Assembly: GCF_963853765.1 (NCBI RefSeq)
Contig: NC_088859.1
Span: 38,254,001 to 38,318,000 of the forward strand
Length of the DNA stretch: 64,000 bases
Direction of reading: 5' to 3'
Source of the DNA: Magallana gigas
Taxonomy: Eukaryota
Numbering within the stretch: position 1 is the first letter of the stretch; every line of letters starts with the position of its first letter. Of the stretch, positions 53,251 to 64,000 are shown piece by piece. Under the pieces are notes generated by a model. The model searched no databases and had not been told where the DNA came from. It saw only the letters and a program-made list of their open reading frames with translations. Position numbers and translations under genes: made by a program.

Positions 53251-55250
53251 GTCTGCTGGAAAATGGAAAACATTTAACAGTGTTTAAGGGCTTTAGCAAT
53301 ATTCAAACAAACTACCCACGTCTGAAAGTTTCGCTTCAATAGACGCGTTCTTTTCAAGTGTCCCCGTTGGATCGATGCCTTGTTTAAAAAGCAGGGATCT
53401 ATTAATGTTCCAAGAGAATGCCAAATAAAATTCTTTCCAATCCGCAGTTATAAATAGTAAAGCAAATTAAGAGAAAGAGAGCTAGAGAGAGGCACTAACC
53501 ACGTCCTTCCAGTTTGCGCTTGAGACTGTAAACACACAACGAGCGATCTTTTCATGAACCGGTTCAATAGATTATGAAAAGAATTCAGGACGAATCCAGT
53601 TCACGCTGTTGAGGCCACTGTTTGGTTGCATAATACGCTTGAGATTACTGGCCACAATACAATAGACACAAATTCACTTGATATAATCAAATGGCCCGAA
53701 GAAAGGAAAGTTTAGAATAGTTAAGTTCTCAAAATAATTGTGTCACAAATTAATCATAACATAGACATAGATGAAAGATTCCGTGATAATGGCCATTTAA
53801 AATTGAAAAGTAAGCAATTCATACTCGTCCCTCTTTAAAACAATATGACAAGCTTGCTTACTGACTAAAGAATAAAGGCACAGATAAAGATATTGTTAAC
53901 TGTTAGCTGTTGTTGTTTACTTTAACTTCCCTTTGTTGGATTTGTAAGCTCGTAAAAAAAGAAATAATGTACTTTTAAGCTCCTTGTCTTGAATGTCCAC
54001 AAACGGGGCAAACACAAATCTCGGATCTCTGCAAAAAGCTCACTATAATGACCAACGGCATATCATAGGATACACAGATTAATAAAGTACAGAAATTGTG
54101 CACTTAAATTTTACATTAGAAGTTGTCTTTAAAAACATTTGTATGAAAGAAATTGTGCTCAACCAAGAAGTCAATGTCACCTTTTCAGAATAAATATATA
54201 TTCATAATATTTCATACTCCAGGTGCAGTTTAGAAATGATGTACCTTTGCTGGTGGTTTATGTGAGTATGAATTTAGCAAACACGGTAGTACATATTTTT
54301 AATTTGCAACAGCGGATTTTAGAATTTATTGCAGTAATGAATATTCTTGAACCGAAATCGAACCAACAAAAGAAAAGAAAAAAAGGTGTATTTTACATCT
54401 GTTAGAATATTTCTATAATTAAAAGACGAATAATCTTTATTTTTGATCACTACATGTCAAGTAGGAGCCATTTCTCAATATTTGCAGACTACTAAAACAA
54501 ATTTGGAAGTCTGACGTGGGTCAGAGCATTCCGTGTTTCAGAGTGACCAAACCTTCTTTGATTGAGAGTTTGAAACAAGCATAATTTCACAATGTGAATA
54601 TTGTTCATTATAAACCCTAGACTTGAGTAAATAAATTTATACGCTGAGAAGTGGTTTACTCTTCATCAGTTAAATCTAGATACGGTTTGGCAGTGGCTGC
54701 ATGAACCCAATGGTATTTCTTTTCTTTTTTGTCCATTTTTTTAACGAGAATTATTCACTGGATGTGTACGTTGCAATGTGTCTGTTGAAGAAAACTTTAA
54801 ACTTTTATAAAATAAGATGCAGAAAGGTTTCAATGGTTTTTTTTCTATTAAAATCCACTAGATCACTGGCAACATAAAGCATACAGTACATGCCAGCCGC
54901 ATCCCCTGCACATAGGATATTTAAACGAGTTATGTACATCCCTTATATAAGATAATCTTACATTTGAATGTGTGCGGCATTGCAGTTATAATATAGAACT
55001 GCATTGCATGACCATTAATAAATATAGAGCTGTACTTCTTCTCTTTGTTTCATTAGTGAGTAACCATATTACAGCTTGATCTCAAGTATTATTGTCACGT
55101 GACATTATTCGTACTGAGCATGATCGTTGTCTATTTGTGGTCTTTGTCTTAAAGATTTTGAGTATTTCTCAAAATAATTCCATGTTGAAAAAACTGTTTT
55201 AATTACCTAGAACGGGAAGAAGAAACGCAGATATGATAAAGAAAATGTCT

Positions 55251-55316
55251 GCTATGATTCGAACAACCTCTCAACCGAAAGCGAGTGTCTACAATCCTCC
55301 GCCATTCACAATGGGC
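55251..55316 (-). mobile_element. Degenerate tRNA-derived SINE head
   Basis: Minus strand: A-box-like tggcggagga and B-box-like gttcgaatc. Confidence 0.3.
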
Positions 55317-56414
55317 TACGATGACATATTACAGACATAGTTAATAAACTTTTATAGTTGGACAATTATTGATAGTTGAAATTTTTTTTTGGGGGGGGGG
55401 GGGGGGAGGGGGGGATAAAATACTAGGAATGACCCAGTAGGAGTCTCGACGCCACTTTAATAATTCAATTATAAAACTGAAAGAAGACTAATCCTTAAAA
55501 TAAAAGTACTTTTAGGATGGAGTTAAGACCAATTCATACCAAAATTTTGCAATTTAGCACAGTAAATGGTGAAGATTTTGGCATAAAAGACCGTATGGAG
55601 GGGGGAGGGGGTAGTGGGTAGTGTACCTTTGTACCTTTAACTTCAATGTTCAATTTTAATTTGTATTTCCTTCCTGCAGTCGTACGAATAATAGCTATAC
55701 TTCTTTTTTTTTTATAGTGATCAATTTACTATCAACATCATAAAAAGAAATAAGCAATTTAGAACAAATGATCGAATTATTACAAAAATGATAAGACGAG
55801 GATTATTATAATTAAAAATAAACAGTGAGCGGAATTGACACCCCAAAGATGTACATGCGTGTTAACACATAGAAAATAGTATTAATTGATGTATGCATCC
55901 TCTGTATTCAGTGAGAAGATATTGTTGATAAGTCTTCAAGACTACGACTGATAAGCCAAGGTGACTTTTTCAAAAGATGGTCTGTCACACAACTAGTTTC
56001 TGTAGCACACCTCAGAACTCAGTATTATATACCAATTTGCTCCTCATAAATCTACCACAACATGATAGCGTAAAGGTTGAATAAATTGTCAAATAATTGT
56101 CACTCTCCTCGTTTTATCTCCACCAAATCTTCAAATAAATGCCCCCTGAAAAGGTGATCTGAAAGCGGTTATAGAAAAGCAGAGTTTGTGCGATATGGCA
56201 TCCGTTTATTTGAACTCCGACGGCGGATGGAATGTTTACATATGTTTGTCTCAGTCTATTTGCTTTTAAAAATGCATGAAAAATTACATGTTTATTCAGG
56301 CGTTTCGAACGAATGATTTCATCCAAAGAGTGAATTAAAAAGACGTTAACTGCGCAGAGGAGACCCCAAGGTTTGTTTATTTTGTGTGGGACAAATGAAC
56401 AGCTAAACAGTGCA

Positions 56415-58090
56415 ATGTTTAAACGAAAACTGACCAATATCCTGAAAAGGACAGACAACCAAGCGGCCGATCTATCGAGCATGCAATGGAGTTCCCAGAG
56501 TTACACGTTAAAGGATATTGTGGACAACTTCAAACTGCCCCTGGTTGTGAAATGTAGCGACACTACATGCACGGTGAATCATGGAGACTTTCAGTTTGAT
56601 CTCGGGGAATCTATTTTACTTCATTCCAGGAAATGGACGCGGAAAATCAAAGTGAGCTGTCTCCAGAGAGATGCTGCCTCAGGACAAATCACAGAAATCC
56701 AACCCCACTACATCATACCAGAGGAACATGAGGGTAACTACAGGTTTTTTTTTAAGTTTTGCAATTTGTCTTTTTACTACGACTTAGCTTTGGAAATGCA
56801 TATAATTGACAGATTTTTGCCGTTGTAAACCGCGAGGCATTGCAGCAAACTGTCTTCTCTTTTTCAACCTGAATATTGGTGATGGTTTGGATAAATATTT
56901 CAATTCAAAATAAAATCACTTCAATTCCTCCACGCCTGAAGAGATAAGAATAACTTTAAAATGCACAATCATTCAGTGAAACCTTTTGTTAAGTTATGTA
57001 TACATCATAATTATGAATAAATCATTTTCTCTATGTAGGCTGGTTTCAAATAATAGACAGCCCGGTGGAAAAGGCGACACCCGATACCACTCTGGAAACA
57101 GTGGTGGAAAGCACAGCCGAACAGTTCCTGTCTGCCAAGAGTCTGAGCTGTTTGTCTTTGGTAACTTCAGACAAAGAGTCTCCTTCATTTGTCAGACGAC
57201 ACATAGACAGTGGTGAAGTATTCACTGTAAGGGGGTTATATCAGGAGGAAGGTGAACAGAGGGCCCAAATACGGAATGTTTACAAAGAAATTCAAAACCA
57301 TGGACACGCTCAATCAACCCCTAAATTTCTTGTGTGCACTGACGAGAAAGATGATCATGTTTTGATTGACACTTCACAGAAAGGATGTTTTTACAGAATA
57401 TTTGAAAGGGAAGAAAATGGCCGGGGACTTCTGGGGGCTGAAGATTTGATTGATAAATCAGACAAGTTTCCTTTGTTAATTAGACATGTTTTCGGTGAAT
57501 TGCCAATTGTGACGTCTTCATATTCAAGTGTCATGAAATGCATCGACGTTGTCCAAGAGGAGTCAGCGTTGGCGGCAACTTTACTTTCACAATCCCCTAC
57601 TCTTTTAGAACTTCAGTGCAAAAGCCCAATTCGTTTTAAAATTTGCTTGAACGAAGCACTATTGAAAAATTCAGAATCTTGTACCGAGGCGTTGCAGATG
57701 TGCCAAACTGAAGGCAATGATTTTTTGTCAGGTATAAAAATAGCCTTTACAATACAAAAACAGTGTAGTGGGTCCTTAGAAAATATCGAAAACATAGCAT
57801 GCATGGAAGAGAAAATAAGCAATTCTCTATCCGAGACACAGACGACAGCAGCAACCGATACGGAGGAAGTGACGTCAGTGTATGACTCGATCAGTGAGTA
57901 CGGTGAAGAGGACGCTAACTCGGAATTTTCGTTCGCGTGGACACCGGAACCCTTGATTAAAAACAAAAATAATGTCAAGGAGGACAGGAAAACAACCGGC
58001 CCAAAGTTTTTCAATAGTAGTCTAAACAGTCCGATGGCGTCCAAGGAAAGCAAGCTTAACGCCTGGAACGAACAACCCGATGTTGTTTGA
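56415..58090 (+). CDS. CABIT-domain protein B, 456 aa, 2 coding exons, acidic Ser/Thr-rich tail
   Basis: Exons 56415-56733 and 57039-58090 (phase 1), 1371 nt. Motifs SYTLKDIVDNFKLPLVVK, YIIPEEHEG|WF, FLVCTDEKDDHVLIDTSQKGCF, FPLLIRHV. Colinear with protein A, with the intron at the same position. Confidence 0.85.
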
Positions 58091-58775
58091 ATGCAACACG
58101 AGCCCATTCATCGTCTCAAACCATGATCCGGAGTCTCCTATATGGGAGAGGATCGTACATTTTGGACGTGGTTTGCGACGATGAAGTCAATTCCATCTTA
58201 ATGACATATGTTTCCCAAATGACCCAAAATTTATCTATTGGAAATTTTGTGGGAATGGAAATTTTAACATTCTATATAGTATACAGTTTTTTTTACTTTT
58301 GCCGAGGCTTCAACATTATTTTTTAATATTATAGCAAAATAACAACATTGGTATTTCTGTATTTGGAGTAACGTATTATATTCGTTTGATGGCACCGAAA
58401 CCTAAAACGATTATGATCCCTTTTTTATGTTTTTTTCCCGTTGGTTCGTTTTTTATCTGTTTTTTTTTGTTGTGTGCATCAATAATTTGATTTACCATTA
58501 TGAAATATCCTTATATTCTCACACACAATATAACAGTATAATATTTAACTTCAACCTTTTATAAAGTGAAAAAAAAAGGAATCCTGTGCATTTTGTTTGG
58601 TTTATTTTCTAACTCCAGCTCCCTTATAACAAGAACACAATAAATAAATGTCAATTCTTTGTTCACCAACAACATGAGCATATAAAAGTCAATGACCTCT
58701 GATAAAAAGATGATCACCAATCAAGAGACATACTCACTACATACTAGTTCTGTCAACCCCTTGCATACTTACATA

Positions 58776-58837
58776 ATGGAGACATATACGTGTTAAATGG
58801 AGACATATACGTGTTAAATGGAGACATATAGTGTTAA
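58776..58837. repeat. 21-bp tandem repeat, ~3 copies
   Basis: atggagacatatacgtgttaa repeated. Confidence 0.85.
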
Positions 58838-61800
58838 TGAAGTAAACACGTGACCAACTGAGATCAAAGAACAGCAAACAAATGTAAATAAATCCACACA
58901 ACTCTTGAAACCCATTGATTAATACTGAATTATAATCCATGATTATGATCGAAATTAAGCTTTTCTGTAACCTTATATGAAATTAATTCTTTTATATCAT
59001 CTTCATTTATTTTCATATAAAAAGAATAAACGAATCGAACCCTTGGCTTGCTTACATCATTCAGAAGTAGATCTATTGATGCGATCTCATAGCCCCCCCC
59101 CCCCCCCCTCCTTCCGATAAAGTCGACCATTCAGACCTTGAAATTACTAATTTGATTTGTTTAACACCACCCCTTCTTTATAAGAAAATAACGCTCCTGC
59201 AGATTAATATTGATATGGTTACAGATACAGACATTTATATGAAAACGGAGTTATTTTTAAGGAACGAATTAATTGATGATTTTAATTACCGGTACACATA
59301 TAGATATTTGTTTGGTTCAGTAATTATCACACACAGACAATGCCCAATGTGTACAGTGTATTCAAAAAGTCATGCACTAGTAATATGACAAAACGGAATA
59401 CAATTTGAAATTTAATTTGAAATCGTTTCATACAATTTGTCTGATATCTATCTCCATTTAAACATTATGCTAATTTGTTTCAGAGAAAAAAAGCAATTAT
59501 AAACCAAATTTCACTGTCCTTAATCAAGTTGCAATCATTTAACCTGACAAAAGAAAATATTTACATGTACTAACATCACACGTGTGAAATCTGTTAATTT
59601 TTCAAATTCAACTATTCATGCCCATTCCACTGGTCACATTTGTTTCAACTAGAATTGAAACTTTTCAAAGTAAAACTAGACTAACCACTACAAATATAAA
59701 GATTAAAACAAAAGGCCAAGTATCCGGTACTCTTCACAAAGCACTAGCCTTACTCTGGCAGTCACAGGTTCCAAACCATCAGGTCATCAATAACTTTGAA
59801 CTCTTCTATGAAACCAATATTTTGTGGACTGTCTATGATGTACGGGTACACTGGGACATGATATTTCAGAGAATGATAGATACTTTTTTGGTATAAAAAA
59901 ACCCATATAAACACCAATAATAGAATACCTGGTAAATGATTTTTTGTCCACTAGATGAAATGATTTCAGATGATATAAAAAGACTGTTATTAATCAGGAT
60001 ATTTCCTGTTATTTACATTCAACAATTTAAAAAAACTCAAGAAATGGAATGTAAAAATAAACATCTGAAGTAATGAAGAAACAATGTTCAAACTGAACCC
60101 TTTTATAGACATAAAACTGTTTAAACGTTCAATACCCATATGAATCATTTTGCAAAAATGCACATCTTGCATTTGAGAGGAACATCTTCATATACATGTA
60201 TAAACATATTGATGCAATTCTGCAGGGTGAAACGGCACTTCAGTTTGAAATGATAATACTTCTGCTATAAAAAATGACTACCAGATCAAAAGTATACATA
60301 AAATGTGAAAAAAAGGTTAAAAACACCATACCCTTAAAATCACACAACTCAATAACTGTGGAATGAGAATTAAATATATTTTAATGAAAATGAACTCTGT
60401 TGATCAAAACAGAGATGTTGATTAAACTATATAAAGAAAAAACTGCAACTGTATAAAAAAAATTGTTGTTTTAAAGAACTTCATACACCGATGCGCTATT
60501 AGACTAGATTTCACATCCTGTGTTCAGATACGATGAGGGAAGAAATTACAGCATTTTTCTGATATTGCAATGGATTATAGAATTAAACACAATGCTGAAG
60601 TTTCATCAATATTTGTTGAATACCAATTTTCATGGATTTCTTTGTTGACACCATCCATAAAATTACATGTTCATTAAAGTGCAATTTCTACTGTATATTG
60701 TATTGAGAGGATCACTGAAATCCTTGAAACTGTAATTTTCACCAAATCCATGTAAATTGATACCAACGAATAAATAAAAGCAAAGTACTAACAAGAATTA
60801 ATTTGGCTTTGAAAACCAGTTTTTGGAAAACAGGTTTTAAAAATGGCACTTTATATCATTCTCAATATCAAAAGCATGTGATAAAATGTTGTTTTTGACA
60901 CCTAATGTTTGTTGACCATACAATAGGAACCTTTGTGAAATAAACAGTTGTTAACACTGTTTTCCAAGAGAGACTGATTAAAACCCATACATGACTAGTT
61001 TAAAATCAAACAAAATTCAACAAATGAAGGTCTAACACAAACAATCAAATGTAATAAAATCTAGCACCTTATATAAATATATGTACATATATAAATGCAC
61101 ACTAGCATTTCATTGAACGAAATTACTAATGAACAAATAACAAAACAACGTTTTGAAATAAAATACATGTAGTAAAGATAGTCTTTTTAAATAGAAACAG
61201 GTTTTTGTTCATTTGATTACCAGTCATAAAATTCATATTTCTAAAGAGCATGAATATGTTATAAAACTATGATACTGTATCACATGCCCTACTATTAAAC
61301 ACAACCTCTGTACAGCAGTAAAGCTTACTCATTTAACTCTTAATTCACTGGTTACAGAGGGGGAAACAGATGTTAATGTATAAACATTTACAAATTTACA
61401 AGTATTACACAGTATGTAGTTAAAGGTATATACAATTCTAAAAGACAGCACCACAATTAAAATTATTAAACTTCTGCTCTGCAGATTTATAAATCATAAT
61501 TGAAATATTTATAGGTATAATATTAGTATGAAAACAAGAAGTTACATACTGCCTCATTTATAAGATTGTCCAATCAGGATGTTTGTTTCAAACACTGTAA
61601 AAATTATGAATCCCCAAATTCTGTACATTTTTCACCACTAGAACCTGATTTAACATTTGGCATAATAATAAAACTAATAAATCAATCTATCAAAAATTCA
61701 AAAAAATATTTACTGGTTAGCAAAATTACTTGTTATATAAAAGTTGCGTACAATTTTTTTTCTTGGAAAAAAATTTCTGCTTCCAACACACACATTGAAA

Positions 61801-62151
61801 TGAATACCGGGCAAAAATATACAAAAAAAAATCTTTTAAAATCCAGTGCAATAATACTTTGTACAATATTTCCAAACATTCTAATGAAGAAGTTTTTATA
61901 TAGGCTCCCTAAAAAACCGATTTTCTATACATACATGTATTAAATATGATAATGTAACCAACTCAAAATATATACCGGTACATAAGGCAAATACTGCAAT
62001 AACAAATAATACTAGCTTCTTCTCAAAACTGATATATGCTTTTACAGTGACACCTTTTCCTAGAATTAGTAACTGGATATTCATCTTTTGCATATTATAA
62101 AGGTACATGTAATGACATCCTTCACATCTCTAGAATAATTCCCATCCTGCA

Positions 62152-63993
62152 CTACCTCTTCTCTTTGTTATGTTCCATTGGTTTGGCAATGTGCTGTTCT
62201 AAATATTTGTAATGATCAAACAGAGTTGCTAATAGACCATTGTTGTTCACAACTTCTCTCCTTGAGGAGTAGTCTATAAAGGCTCCCTCTAGTGTAGTCA
62301 TTTTCCCATGAAATGCGGATAAAATGGCATTTCCGGCACAGATATCCCATTTCTTTATTCTAGTTGTGTGAACATACGCATCGGCTCTACCTTCAATCAC
62401 TTCCAGGGTTTTGTATCCTAAAATACATAATACCCATAAAATATAATCAATATACATGTATTCAAAAATTTCTATCAAGAAACTCTCACTATCCCCTAGT
62501 GACATTTTCAATTGTTTTCTTTCCTTCTAATTAAACTTTGTATATTTCACAATCTTATTATTATGACTTTAACTGCATAAAAAGTAAATATATACAGTTA
62601 ATCATGGTCGACCTGTAAGTAAAGTTTAATTTGCTCTCAAGATTTTGGTTGGATATCATATGAACTTCCACCCAGCAAACCAAACGATAGACATTTGCAA
62701 ACAAAATGCCCAATTCTTAAAAGGAGAAAATAAAATTATCAGAATCTATTATAACAGTCAAATTAGTTTATTCATAAGATATACCCGATTGTATGAATTG
62801 AAATCATATTCATTTCAAGTCAAACATTAAATTGCTGATTATGAGTTACCTGCTCCCCCAGCTTTGACGATATTGGTGTTGTTTCCCAGACTTTTTATGA
62901 CACTCTCCATCACATCCCCCGTGTGAGAGCGAGATATGATGATGTTGTAAGGATCACCATCTTTCCTTTTGTTCTCTACCATTTGGAAATTGGATGAATG
63001 TCCAGAGCCAACCCAAGCCCATACTGAAAAACATATTTAGTATACAATACACAAAAAATAAGGAAAAATGTCATAGAATTAAATTAGATCTCTTTATTCA
63101 ACTCTCTTTTCAAGAGGGCAGAATGCTTCATAAGCCTTTTAACCATGTACAAGCACCAGAGTAAATTTTGTACAAGACACAGTAAAATATTTTATAGTTC
63201 TAAAGTAAAATTTAAGGCAACTCAGTTGGATTCACCACTATTACAAGTTCTGCAACAAGATCAGAGGTAATTGTACACGAAAATGAATGCAAAGTAATAC
63301 AATCAAAACTTTGAATATATTTTTGTTTTTTATTCAAAAGATTCATTCCATCTATCTCAATGTTGACAAAATTTCATTGATGTCAAAAATGTCCATCTAG
63401 GCATTTAGTATTATTTTGACAATTTGAGAACCCTGAGAGAGAGCAAAATAATATCTGCTAAAAATGTTTACTGTAAATGATAAATTTTCACTTATACTTG
63501 AAAAAGTTTTTTAAGTTGAAAAAGGAAAACCCCAGAATAACATTAAAACTGCTATATTATTTTCTGTTGAGTGAACTCATAAATTTTGAGTTAAATAATT
63601 GTTCATGATTAAGAATAATAATTACATGGCTTTACAATGTTAATTTAATATACAAAAAAATATATATATATATAAAATGGGAATTTTTACATAAAAACTA
63701 GATTAAAACCTGATAATAAAAAAATCTCTCATTTTTTTGTGATGCTTTATAGTTTTTATTTGAATTGTGTGTTTTAATTCTTCACCATTGCCAAGGTTTA
63801 TGAATACAGTACACACAACTTAATGGATAAAAACCATATATCACAAATCATAAGAGATCCTATATCCATCTACCGGTACTTTTATTTTAAATATTACCTG
63901 TTTTTTGTTCAAACGGTTTGTGAATTACTCCAATGGTTGGCTGGCCATTGACAGCTACACATATCATCACAGTCACATACTGCTTCAAATTCT
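62152..63993 (-). CDS. IMPAD1: Golgi 3'-phosphoadenosine 5'-phosphate phosphatase (inositol monophosphatase 3), last three exons; 5' part lies beyond the window
   Basis: Exons 63898-63993, 62850-63023, 62152-62417 (phases 1,1). Peptides [65 protein letters not shown] are characteristic of IMPAD1/BPNT2. Confidence 0.92.
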
Positions 63994-64000
63994 CTGTAAC

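Noticed and set aside
55391-55414. Poly-G/C tracts (also ~4229, 33789, 42088, 51735, 59092) as G-quadruplex regulators
   Set aside because: Such homopolymers are common in this kind of genome, often as repeat remnants; nothing indicates function here.

Overview
AT-rich, intron-rich animal genomic DNA. The repeat types suggest a bivalve mollusc, probably an oyster (inference). All gene models were spliced by hand from GT-AG sites and phase continuity, not from transcript data. Eight protein-coding genes are supported: wntless (5' part, -); an SYCE2-like synaptonemal complex gene absent from the ORF track (+); an XK-related scramblase (-); a ~1,090-aa receptor with a Cys-rich EGF-like ectodomain and a degenerate tyrosine kinase domain (+); choline transporter-like SLC44A1 (-) with a duplicated, mutually exclusive exon pair; two divergent CABIT-domain genes; and the 3' part of IMPAD1/BPNT2 (-). 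Between and within these genes are non-autonomous Helentron-like elements (one nested in another), several MITEs, long hairpins and minisatellites. The strongest leads are the EGF-repeat receptor pseudokinase (HRD->HRL, DFG->NFY, no Gly loop) lying head-to-head with the XK scramblase, the SLC44A1 exon pair, and the CABIT pair with ITIM/ITSM-like tails.
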